Of a DNA stretch of 64,000 nucleotides, positions 16,831 to 25,434 are shown in pieces. The translations under genes and the position numbers were made by a program. The first letter of the stretch is position 1, and every line of letters starts with the position of its first letter. Below the pieces are notes generated by a model. It saw only the letters and a list, made by a program, of their open reading frames with translations, was not told the DNA's origin and ran no database searches. Origin of the DNA: Betaproteobacteria bacterium UBA5582 (GTDB taxonomy: Bacteria; Pseudomonadota; Gammaproteobacteria; Burkholderiales; Rhodocyclaceae); NCBI GenBank assembly GCA_002425245.1, contig DILW01000171.1:9804-73803 (forward strand), given 5' to 3'.

Positions 16831-16992
16831 TCTGTTTATGAATCAGTAGACATCTGTCGGCAGACCGCCCGCAGCGACCTGCTGAGCCTCCACGAACCGG
16901 GGCTGCTGATCAAGACGAAACAGGGGAACGCTTACGTTTTCCCTGCGCCGGAAAACCTGCGGGAATTGTTGGCAATGCTGGCAAAGGAATAG
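16831..16992 (+). pseudogene. Start-less 3' gene remnant (…LLSLHEPGLLIKTKQGNAYVFPAPENLRELLAMLAKE*)
   Basis: A coding-looking open frame with no start codon, at the left edge of the lower-GC islet. Confidence 0.25.
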
Positions 16993-17000
16993 CTGTCGCG

Positions 17001-17594
17001 TCAAACATCAAGTAGTCTTGCCTTGGCATGCTGCGGGCAGGTGACAAGGTGGTCATTGACCATTCCGGACGCCTGCATGAACGCATAGCAGATTGTCGAG
17101 CCGACAAACTTGAAGCCGGCTCGTGACAGAGCCTTGCTCATGGCGTCCGATTGAGCGGTCTTTGCGGGAACCTCGGATAGCGAGCCCCAAGCGTTCTGGA
17201 TCGGGCGTCCCCCGACAAATCCCCAAAGGAATTCGCTGAAGGTTCGGCCGGTTTGGGTCAATGCCAGGTACGACCTGGCGTTTTGAATGGTGGCTGCCAC
17301 CTTGGCCCGGTTACGAATGATGCCCGGGTCAGCCAGTAACTCGGCAACCTTGGCAGCATCGTATGCAGCAATGATTTCCGGCCGAAATCCATCGAAGACC
17401 TTGCGGTAATGCTCCCGCTTCTTGAGTACGGTTGCCCATGAAAGGCCAGCCTGAGCACCCTCAAGAATGAGAAGCTCGAACAGGGCACGGTCGTCATGAA
17501 GTGGCTTTCCCCATTCGTTGTCGTGGTACTCGCGATACAGGTCAAAACCCACGCACCAAGGGCAGGGTTGGTTGCCAGATTGGTCAGGTTGCAT
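17001..17594 (-). CDS. tag: DNA-3-methyladenine glycosylase I
   Basis: CPWCVGFDLYREYHDNEWGKP and FELLILEGAQAGLSWATVLKKRE are classic Tag motifs. Confidence 0.9.
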   Translation of the reverse strand: MQPDQSGNQPCPWCVGFDLYREYHDNEWGKPLHDDRALFELLILEGAQAGLSWATVLKKREHYRKVFDGFRPEIIAAYDAAKVAELLADPGIIRNRAKVAATIQNARSYLALTQTGRTFSEFLWGFVGGRPIQNAWGSLSEVPAKTAQSDAMSKALSRAGFKFVGSTICYAFMQASGMVNDHLVTCPQHAKARLLDV

Positions 17595-17866
17595 CGTTGC
17601 AGGGTCTGATTCTGTGGGAACTGATGGGATTTTAGGGCAGGTGGAGGCGGTGTTGTCGGCGCCAATAGAACTAAAGATCAGCTACAGTCGGCCGGAAATC
17701 GGCCTGAACGGACGTTGGCTTGGTGTTCGGCATCGGGCGGCAACTCTCCGAAAGGGGCCACTCGGCCACCTACTCTGGGTATCCGCCCAATCAGCTACAA
17801 AAGTCCGATTCCTTTTCGTCACTCCCTAAAAGAGAACCCCGTGCCGACATACTGACCCGCTCTGCT

Positions 17867-18309
17867 TCAGGCTGTTTCCCCAATGTCCTCTTGCCAGAGT
17901 GCAGGATGTTGCGAGATGAATTCGCGCATCAGGGCAATGAAGTGCCATTCTGAAGCAGTTCGATCTCCACACCGCGCGAACGTAAAAGGTCCTCGTCCCC
18001 TGTGAAGGTAAGGTTCTCGCCGATGACGATTCTGGGAATGCCCTAGAGCAGAATCGCACCGGAACACATCGCGCAAGGCGATAAGGTGGTGTATGGCACC
18101 GACTCGCGATAGACCTGTGCTGACTGTCGGCCGACGTTTTCCAAAGCATCCATTTCGCCATGCAGGATGGCGCTACCCTGCTGGACGCGATGGTTATGGC
18201 CGCGGCCAATTATCACGCCGCGATAAACCAGCACCGAGCCGATCGGAATGCCGCCCTCGGCCAAGCCGGCTTGGGCTTCCGCTATCGCGGCTTGCATGAA
18301 ATCGTTCAT
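17867..18309 (-). pseudogene. Cytidine/deoxycytidylate (cytosine/guanine)-type nucleoside deaminase, disrupted
   Basis: The HGEMDAL...PCAMCSGAILL zinc motifs are followed by an in-frame TAG at 18043. The expected continuation GIPRIVIGENLTFTGDEDLLRSRGVEIELLQ follows, and a frameshift then leads into ...FIALMREFISQHPALWQEDIGE. Confidence 0.7.
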
Positions 18310-18365
18310 TCTGACGACTTCCTGTTTGTGATTGATTGGGGAAACCAACTCCGGTTTCGGCCGGA

Positions 18366-18860
18366 TTATGGCTGCTTCTCCAGCGTTGCGTTGGCCGAAC
18401 CTTCGGCTCCGACATACACAGCCAGAAGCTTGACGACACCACTGCCCAGATTCATGCCGCGATGTGGCGCATTCATCGCCTCGACGACTGCATCGCCCTG
18501 GCGGAAGGTTTTCACCCCTTTCTCACCGTAATCGACGGTGAGTTCCCCTTCGAGAACGTAGGCGACCAGCGGTACCGGGTGGCGATGAAAGCCGGCTTGG
18601 GTGTTGGGAGCAACCGTCACCACGGCCACGGTAATTCTGGGGGCACCGGTGGTGGGGTATTGAATTTTTTCGCCGACAACGGTCTCACCGGTGACCAGCA
18701 ATTCCTGCACAGGATAGTAGCCTTCATCGCGCGCCAGAGCAGCGGTGATCGTCGAAGCAAAGAGCAAGATGCCGACCGTCAGGCGCCGAGTGAAATAGCG
18801 GACTTTCTTGCCGCTTCGGCCGGTTACTGTGTTCATATGCATGCACGGCTCCTCTGGCAA
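18366..18860 (-). CDS. Secreted cupin-domain protein
   Basis: Signal-peptide-like N-terminus (LTVGILLFASTITAALA) and a cupin core (GFHRHPVPLVAYVLEGELTV...NAPHRGMN). The exact start is uncertain. Confidence 0.65.
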   Translation of the reverse strand: MPEEPCMHMNTVTGRSGKKVRYFTRRLTVGILLFASTITAALARDEGYYPVQELLVTGETVVGEKIQYPTTGAPRITVAVVTVAPNTQAGFHRHPVPLVAYVLEGELTVDYGEKGVKTFRQGDAVVEAMNAPHRGMNLGSGVVKLLAVYVGAEGSANATLEKQP

Positions 18861-18912
18861 ATCGGGAATGTCGCAAGGGTATCACGGCGCGAAACCGGTG
18901 ATCGAAGTCGCT

Positions 18913-21828
18913 TCAGAACGCCCTCTTGACCGATAGTGTGAGCGAAGAGGCGTTCCAATTGCTCGCCGACTCGTTACCGACGTCTAGTGCAATATGCGTC
19001 AATCTGCCGATCTGTCCAACCAGACTTGCGCCCAAGCTCAGTCGATTGCGGCCGATGGCGGAGCTCTTCACTTCAATCGGTTTCCCGAGAAAGCTGGCGT
19101 CCAGCCGAGTTCGGCTATCGGCAAACTCGTGACTCAATCCCGCCCGCCCCGAGATCCGCCAATCGATTCCATAGGCCATGAACGGCATGCTGACCGATCC
19201 GCCAATTGCTGCCGCCAGGGACGTGTTCGTGGTCGGCCCGCCACGCAGGGCGCCAACCGGCTGATTGCCGGTATCCGAAAACCCAAAACTGCGCATGGAC
19301 AGATAACCCACTCCGAGCGAGATCTCATAGCTCGGAGCATCACTCGCCACCATTCCCCAACCCGTCAATACCGATGCGGCGACGTTAGCCGTGTCGATCG
19401 TGGCCTGGTACTGCGTATCCAGCATGCCGACACGACGGGTCGCATCAATTCTCCCGGCACCGCCACCGGCCGCTCCTTCCAGGAAATAGCCATCACCAAA
19501 CCTGTGGCTGGCATAGCCCATCAGTTGAAAGCTTTGCTGCGGGCCGCGCCCCACGCCATGAGCCAACGCCGGATTGCTTTCCGCATAGGCCATAGAAATC
19601 CCTGCCAGCGTTTGTGCATCCAGCTTCTTGTGGAAACCGCCCATGAGACCAAGCAGCGTGTCATTCATGCCGTAGCCAAGATCATCGCCATGCCATCTCG
19701 TCGTCCGACCGATCGCCTCTCCCCACGCTTCTTCTGTCAGTTCGCCGGGCATATCGGAATCATTCCGGTCAGACCACGGATGGCTCTCGCCACGGCGCTG
19801 CCTGGCGACCTTCTGCAGGGTCTGTTTCACGAGAAATTTGCTGTTCTCCAAATTCATGCCGATCAACTGGGCATAGCCGACGCCGCCGAGCTGATCGATG
19901 CCAAGAGTCAAGCCAGGGGCCGATTGCGCCGCCAGGGCGTCGAACAGCCGCTTGATGTTGGGATCGCCCTCACGCCGTCCGGCTCCCGGCCGCCGGCCTT
20001 CCAGAATGGCGCCGACCTGTTGGCGATTGCGGTTATTGACCACCCCGGCCGCACCGATGTCGGCATAGGAGGACGGTGTGGCATAGAGCGCCAAGCCAGT
20101 AGCTCCATAGACAAGATCGAAACGTGTGCCAGGCAGCAAGCCGGCTGGCGGCTGAAGCAAGGTGTCAAAACTGCCCAGCAGCCCACCTGGTGCGCTAACA
20201 ACCTGGAAACCCTGCCCCAGTGGCGGACTGTAGGTGTTGCTGGCAGATCCGCCGATGCCGCGCAGCAGCGCGTTGAAACTGCCGCCGGCGGTGTAGGTGC
20301 TGCCAACACCGGTCAAGACGAGACGATCATAGTTGCCGGCACCATTGCCGGTGCCCGTGCCGTCAATTTCGATGGCGAGATTGCTCCCCGCCTCCTGAAC
20401 CACGGAGCCACTGGCAAGCAGGGTTCCGGGAGAGTTTCCAGGCGCTAGCGTGCCACCACTTTTGACAAGGACGCGGCCAACCTGTCCGGTTCCCCCCAGC
20501 GTGCCGTCTCTCATGACCGTGCTATCCGAGATGATGGAACCATTGACCAGCAAACGCCCGCCACTGATGAGCGTGGGGCCGACATAGGTGTTGGCCCCGG
20601 TAAGCGTCAGCGTTCCGCCCCCCGTTTTCGTCAGACCACCCGTACCAGAGATGTCATTGCGCCAGGTGGACGACAAGCCTTGGGTATCGACTTGCCACGT
20701 GAAGGTCAGTTGGCCGGGTCCGTCGACCGCTTTGCCGAGGTTCAGCAAACCCCATCCAAAAACGTCATCCACCCCCGGTGCGCCGATATCCGTGGCCGTC
20801 GTGAACATGACCATCTTGATCTGTTCAGCAGTCAAATAGGGGAAGGCCTGGATCAGCACAGCGAGTGCGCCAGAGACATGCGGTGTGGCCATTGATGTAC
20901 CGGACATGCGCACGTAATTTCCTTCCACTGCCGGAGACATCCCAGGGTAATACTGATGCAAGACGGCGATGGCCTGATCAAGAAATGAACCGGGCACATT
21001 GACCGAGAACACCCCTTCTAGAGCGCTATCGCCGCCGGGAGCAGAAATGCACCATCCTGCCGCGACACCACAATTGTTGCCGTAATTGGTTTTTTCACCG
21101 TTGAGTGTCAGTGCGTTGACCGCCACCCAAGTCGCCGCGAGATCCGGAAAGAGATAGGGAATGCCAGCTTGAAAACTAGGCTGGTTCTTTGAAGAATTTC
21201 CGGTGGCCCAGACCATCAGGGTGCCAGCCGCGACCGCTTCGCGTACAACACCAAGCAGCGGCTCGTTGATGGCTTCTTCCCGCGTAGCGTCCGTTATTAC
21301 TGCCGAAGAACCCCAACTATTGTTGATGACTTTTGCACCGGATTGCACCAAATAGCGGAGCCCTTCATCGGCGCGGTCGATTCGTCCTTGTGCATCTCCG
21401 ATACCCGCCACCACGAGTCTTGCATCGTAGGCGACGCCATGCATGCCGATTGCGTCCCGGCGCGCGGCAATGATCCCGGAAACATGTGATCCATGACCCT
21501 GGGAATCGTCGACCGGAAATTTGTCGGGATTAATCCAAGGTTTCCAATCGTCATCCAGAGCAGGGGCGTTATAAATGGTTTTGAGAACGAAATCGCGCCC
21601 CGCAAATTCCGGATGATTGAGCGAGATACCGCTATCCGCTACGCCAACCAAAATACCGGCACCCGTCAGGCCTTTGTCATAGGCGCGTTGGGCATTGATC
21701 AGCGCCAGTCCAGCCTGAGCGTCATATTCGCTATCCGCATTCGCCGTCTCCATATGGCCGACAAGTAGTGCTAGGGTAAAAATACAGGATGTGGCTCGGC
21801 CTAACCGGTTGCCGTTGTGGCGTTTCAT
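18913..21828 (-). CDS. S8 (subtilisin-like) serine protease autotransporter
   Basis: Asp/His/Ser triad contexts (VGVADSGI, GHGSHVSGI, SGTSMATPHVSG). An autotransporter-associated repeat follows (TGGLTKTGGGTLTLTGANTYVGPT). The C-terminal beta-barrel region ends in ...LSVKRAF. Confidence 0.9.
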   Translation of the reverse strand: MKRHNGNRLGRATSCIFTLALLVGHMETANADSEYDAQAGLALINAQRAYDKGLTGAGILVGVADSGISLNHPEFAGRDFVLKTIYNAPALDDDWKPWINPDKFPVDDSQGHGSHVSGIIAARRDAIGMHGVAYDARLVVAGIGDAQGRIDRADEGLRYLVQSGAKVINNSWGSSAVITDATREEAINEPLLGVVREAVAAGTLMVWATGNSSKNQPSFQAGIPYLFPDLAATWVAVNALTLNGEKTNYGNNCGVAAGWCISAPGGDSALEGVFSVNVPGSFLDQAIAVLHQYYPGMSPAVEGNYVRMSGTSMATPHVSGALAVLIQAFPYLTAEQIKMVMFTTATDIGAPGVDDVFGWGLLNLGKAVDGPGQLTFTWQVDTQGLSSTWRNDISGTGGLTKTGGGTLTLTGANTYVGPTLISGGRLLVNGSIISDSTVMRDGTLGGTGQVGRVLVKSGGTLAPGNSPGTLLASGSVVQEAGSNLAIEIDGTGTGNGAGNYDRLVLTGVGSTYTAGGSFNALLRGIGGSASNTYSPPLGQGFQVVSAPGGLLGSFDTLLQPPAGLLPGTRFDLVYGATGLALYATPSSYADIGAAGVVNNRNRQQVGAILEGRRPGAGRREGDPNIKRLFDALAAQSAPGLTLGIDQLGGVGYAQLIGMNLENSKFLVKQTLQKVARQRRGESHPWSDRNDSDMPGELTEEAWGEAIGRTTRWHGDDLGYGMNDTLLGLMGGFHKKLDAQTLAGISMAYAESNPALAHGVGRGPQQSFQLMGYASHRFGDGYFLEGAAGGGAGRIDATRRVGMLDTQYQATIDTANVAASVLTGWGMVASDAPSYEISLGVGYLSMRSFGFSDTGNQPVGALRGGPTTNTSLAAAIGGSVSMPFMAYGIDWRISGRAGLSHEFADSRTRLDASFLGKPIEVKSSAIGRNRLSLGASLVGQIGRLTHIALDVGNESASNWNASSLTLSVKRAF

Positions 21829-22291
21829 AGCTGACTATTCTGGGCAAAGTGCGTCGATGCGTGCTCTGTCTCGATCCGTGTGTGAGTTCACATTGCCATC
21901 GGCTTGAGTAAAAACATACTACTTGGTAAGAGGAATGCTGCAACCCAGAGGGATGCGGAGCGGAAGGCTTTCCTAATGTTCATCCTACGCCTCAACTTGC
22001 CGCGAGCATGTGAGATTCATCAATCTCGACGAGTATTTTCAGTGGTCTTCATCACCTTTTGTGCTGGCCGCTTCACTACGATGACGTAGTGGCGTTTGTG
22101 ACTGCTTCTCTCAGTTACCTGCCGATAGACTTCTTACGACTCGAGTGGCGGCTTAGGGCACGGAGCACGTATTCGCCGAACGAGAAAGCTGCCGGTCACC
22201 GTGATGTGGGCCTAGCGGCAGCTTACTGACAGTCAGCCGACCCACATTGGTCGATCAGCCAACGGCAGCAAAGGCCGAGAAGCAGAAAGTC

Positions 22292-22320
22292 AAAAAGCCA
22301 ACCTAGGTGGTCGGCTTTTT
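22292..22320. terminator. A5-stem-loop-T5 hairpin (AAAAAGCCAACC tagg(t) GGTCGGCTTTTT), bidirectional-terminator-like
   Basis: A 7-bp stem with one mismatch, flanked by A5 and T5 runs. It sits immediately inside the putative old end at 22321-22355. Confidence 0.4.
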
Positions 22321-22355
22321 AAATCCAGCAAAATCCAGAAAAACTGGATACTACA
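22321..22355. repeat. Either a remnant right end of an older related Tn7-like element (W) or the native gyrB terminator/att region
   Basis: AAATCCAGCAAAATCCAGAAAAACTGGATACTACA resembles the X/Y right ends (AAAATCTAGACAA...GATCCTACA). The similarities are two AAATCYAG copies and the same ...GAT(A/C)CTACA terminus. ATCCAG-N5-CTGGAT could equally be a gyrB terminator hairpin. Confidence 0.4.
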
Positions 22356-22357
22356 AG
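22353..22357. repeat. Left copy of the 5-bp target-site duplication ACAAG of element X
   Basis: Identical to 43941-43945, which lies immediately outside the other terminus of X. Confidence 0.8.
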
Positions 22358-22405
22358 TGTAGGTTCTCATTCAGACTGAGATATCCCTACTGAAATATCT
22401 TGAGG
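22358..22405. repeat. Distal (left-type) end of element X
   Basis: TGTAGGTTCTCATTCAGACTGAGAT shares its first 13 bp with the Y distal end. It contains an AGACTGAGAT motif that resembles the AGTCTAGAT of the right-end repeats. The tniQ stop is only 48 bp inside. Confidence 0.65.
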
Positions 22406-24385
22406 TTAGCTGTTCCCGTTTGAGAGGGATCCTGCCAAATTTCCCAACAGATGAGATGATCCTACGGAAACAACGCACTTGCTGTCGGCGTTTACCTTGA
22501 TCCTCGATTCTACCTCCGAAGGCGCAACGCCCATCAAGTCTGCCAAAAATCGCCTGAGCTCATCCGTCGCAGGATAGATTGCCAGACGTGGTGGCATCAC
22601 CGTGTGCCCTCGAATTGGAAAAATCCCCGCCTCCGCAAGAAGATTCCCCATTTTCTTGGAACTGGTCCGCAAACTTGCTGCGATATCACGCCGATACACA
22701 TGAGCCTGCCGAAATCGCTCGACGTCCTCTATCCGCACGCGAGAGCCCAACTCCTTGTTGGTTCCTAGCTTTTCTGCAGAAACATAGCCATTCTGGCAAA
22801 GCCAGTAGGCCATCTGGTCCTTTATGGCGAGATATCTAGCCATTTCCGGGATGCTCATCCAAGTCAGCTTTCCACTGTTCAGACCAGACCACCAATTTTT
22901 CAGCTGCGCGCGGTCGAATACCCAACTGGATAAACCCACCGCTCCCACCAAAACAGATTGTGGTTTGATTTGTCCAGCCTTCACCGCGTCCACCAAGGTA
23001 GCCACCTGTTCAGTAGTCCAGGTCCAGTAGCGCAAGACGTGACCGAAGGCGACTTGTTCTTCCTCGGGGATCGTCACCACTGGCAAGCCGTCCGTCAAAG
23101 AAAGAATTTCATCCACCTCGTTCCTGGGCACACACCACGGCATCGGTCCTAGTCGAGCCACCCTCCGTGCAGTTGGAAACAAGAGTTTCAGCATGCGACG
23201 CATGCGCATCTTCCCTAGGCCCAGCATCTCCATCGCCTTGCCCATTGTGATCTCGTTGTCGAGTTGAGTAAGGACCCAGTCCAACTGATCACGACGCACC
23301 ACCATGAACCGCCGTCCAGTACTGCTGAACGACTCCTGCCCGTCCAAAAGACCATCCTGCACCATTGCGCGCAGCTTTTTAGGTGACACGCCGATTTCCC
23401 GAGCTGCAGCCTGTGCCGGAATCCACTGAGCATTGGCGAGCAGTTGTTCAGCAAGACGATTGCGTTTGCTCAGCCCCCCTTTCCAATGCTGGCTCAGCCA
23501 CTGCTCAAAGGCATCCCGAACAGGAATGAAAGCACTCTCCGAAAGCCCCTTGTATAGATAGGTATGGGCCTGTTTGAAAACCCCCTTCAGACCGCTCTTC
23601 TGCCCTTCACCCAGTCCTTGCATCCTCGCCCACCCGTCCTGAAAGGCCAGAGGCCACTGGGCCAAGATTTCCGCAGCAAGCGAGGACACAGGCCAAGAGG
23701 CCTGCATCGAGAAAGCCTGCCGAAGTTTCAAGGGCTTCGGCCCAGAGATCGGGTCCATATAGCCACCCAAGAAACGGATCAAACGTTGCACCTGCTCGAT
23801 GGTCATTCCTGCCAGGATGGGAAAATCGTCACCGCCCTCCCGACCCAGTAACCGCATCTCCAGATATCCGGCCAAGCGTCGCACATTGTCTGGAGCGGCT
23901 TGAGGATATTCATGTCGGAGATCGGCGCCACAGGGGCACCGCAAGAGATGTTCCCTCCGCCAAGGAACTGCTTGTCCGCACGAGCTGCATTGGTCTACCA
24001 GCCAGACACCGTGTTGGGGGCAAGCATCATGAAACATCAGCTCCCAGCCGGCCTTCCAAACAGGCTCCTCCATCAGGCAGAGGGGACAAAACCTCGCCTG
24101 GCGCTGATTCCAAACCCGCCCCTTGTCTTGAACCAGTTCTGCCATACGGTTGATATGAGCGTGAAGGTCTGGATCCAAGGTATGACTGGGCAACAAATGG
24201 TTCTGCCGCAGCCAACCCGGGTCATAGCGAGCCCCCAGTTGCTTCAACTCATACAAACTCAGGCAATTGGCTTCGGCCAATCGCAGCATGTAGCCTTGGG
24301 GCCCTTCAGTACGGCTCGGCGCAGGCCGTACCAGGAGATGAGGGATCGAGAATGGGTCTGCAAAAGGGATTCTGTTCTTCGTCAT
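22406..24385 (-). CDS. tniQ: TniQ/TnsD-like target-selection protein
   Basis: 659 aa. The N-terminal TniQ zinc-ribbon pattern is present (CPLCL...CPQHG...CSSCG...CPCG). It is the last gene of the tns operon and is homologous to 44758..46677. Confidence 0.85.
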   Translation of the reverse strand: MTKNRIPFADPFSIPHLLVRPAPSRTEGPQGYMLRLAEANCLSLYELKQLGARYDPGWLRQNHLLPSHTLDPDLHAHINRMAELVQDKGRVWNQRQARFCPLCLMEEPVWKAGWELMFHDACPQHGVWLVDQCSSCGQAVPWRREHLLRCPCGADLRHEYPQAAPDNVRRLAGYLEMRLLGREGGDDFPILAGMTIEQVQRLIRFLGGYMDPISGPKPLKLRQAFSMQASWPVSSLAAEILAQWPLAFQDGWARMQGLGEGQKSGLKGVFKQAHTYLYKGLSESAFIPVRDAFEQWLSQHWKGGLSKRNRLAEQLLANAQWIPAQAAAREIGVSPKKLRAMVQDGLLDGQESFSSTGRRFMVVRRDQLDWVLTQLDNEITMGKAMEMLGLGKMRMRRMLKLLFPTARRVARLGPMPWCVPRNEVDEILSLTDGLPVVTIPEEEQVAFGHVLRYWTWTTEQVATLVDAVKAGQIKPQSVLVGAVGLSSWVFDRAQLKNWWSGLNSGKLTWMSIPEMARYLAIKDQMAYWLCQNGYVSAEKLGTNKELGSRVRIEDVERFRQAHVYRRDIAASLRTSSKKMGNLLAEAGIFPIRGHTVMPPRLAIYPATDELRRFLADLMGVAPSEVESRIKVNADSKCVVSVGSSHLLGNLAGSLSNGNS

Positions 24386-25432
24386 TTAAGTACTTCCTTT
24401 GGCGAGATTCATGCCGAGCTTTCTGGCCACGGGGGAGCCGACGAGCTCTTGGCGGGTGTGTAGCTGAAATACCTCACCAGAACGGTCAAGGGGACGCAGC
24501 ACCGACTCAGGATGGAAAGGATTGAGACGGTCAGGCACGTCCCGCCAGACCCGATTGCGAAATCCCGCCGCCAAAGCCGACAGATCAACCTTTTCCAACC
24601 CTTCGGCTGTAGCAACAGAAACAGCTCCTTCCAGAATCTTGATCACGTAGTCCATGAGGCCATAACTGCCCACATGGAAGCGTCGAGCCTGATTGCTTTC
24701 GTGCAGGGGTGTTTCCATAGGGATGGGCAGATAGGTCTCAAGCGCCTTGAGAACCCCGCGGAATTCCTGGAAATCATCCGCTTGGTCGAAGGCAAATGGG
24801 GCCACCCGTATCCGGGCAGAAAACCGCCTTGCCAGCTGCTCGTTACTGTTGACCACTGACTCAGCCGCCGGCAACCCACAAGCCACCATGCCCACCTGGG
24901 TGGCTTCCAGTAGATTCTTCAACCAGTCGGTAATGTCTCGGAACGCGTTAAGGCTGGGGGCATAGAAGAGATGCTGGAACTCATCGAGCAGCACGATTTC
25001 CACACCACACCGCCTAAACAGGTCATGGATTCGCGCTGTCATTTCCGGCGCAGTACCACGGTGAGCCTTGGGGTACCCCATAGCTTCCAGAATGGCACTA
25101 GCCAAGCTACGGCTAGTCGGTGACGAGGGTACCGAGACCAGAAGTACGGGAATGTGCGTGCGCTCAGTCTCGTAAACCCTAGGGAAGCTCTCCAGATACG
25201 CCTCTACCATCGTGCTCTTTCCAGCCCCTGAGGGGCCAGAAAGTAACAGTCCGCCGCCAGCGTCGTACTTGCGACGGCGCACGTGCAACTCAGCCATAGC
25301 GTGCATCGCTTCACGGTAGCGCCGATGTGGCAGGGGATCCAGGACCAACTTGAATCCTTGGACAGGAAGATGAGTAGGAATCTGGCCGTTTGGTGCCGAT
25401 ATATATCGCGCAAGGATGGTGACCGGATCCAT
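24386..25432 (-). CDS. tnsC: TnsC/TniB-like AAA+ transposition ATPase
   Basis: Walker A LSGPSGAGKST and Walker B IVLLDEFQH. It lies between tnsB and tniQ. Confidence 0.85.
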   Translation of the reverse strand: MDPVTILARYISAPNGQIPTHLPVQGFKLVLDPLPHRRYREAMHAMAELHVRRRKYDAGGGLLLSGPSGAGKSTMVEAYLESFPRVYETERTHIPVLLVSVPSSPTSRSLASAILEAMGYPKAHRGTAPEMTARIHDLFRRCGVEIVLLDEFQHLFYAPSLNAFRDITDWLKNLLEATQVGMVACGLPAAESVVNSNEQLARRFSARIRVAPFAFDQADDFQEFRGVLKALETYLPIPMETPLHESNQARRFHVGSYGLMDYVIKILEGAVSVATAEGLEKVDLSALAAGFRNRVWRDVPDRLNPFHPESVLRPLDRSGEVFQLHTRQELVGSPVARKLGMNLAKGST

Positions 25433-25434
25433 CG

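Noticed and set aside
16821-16852. TGTCTACT...AGTAGACA inverted repeat, considered as the missing left end of the putative older element W.
   Set aside because: Beyond TGT it does not match the TGTAGG(T/A)TC termini. It is better explained as a terminator-like hairpin after the kinase gene.
17111-17120. AAGCCGG inside tag, identical to the att core next to gyrB.
   Set aside because: It is a 7-bp coincidence inside an intact coding frame, with no transposon-end features nearby.
17677-17799. Two copies of ATCAGCTACA (17677-86 and 17790-99) that end like the transposon terminus ...CCTACA.
   Set aside because: They are only 10 bp long. They have no adjacent AAATCTAGA-type repeats, no TSD-like flanks and no partner TGTAGG end.
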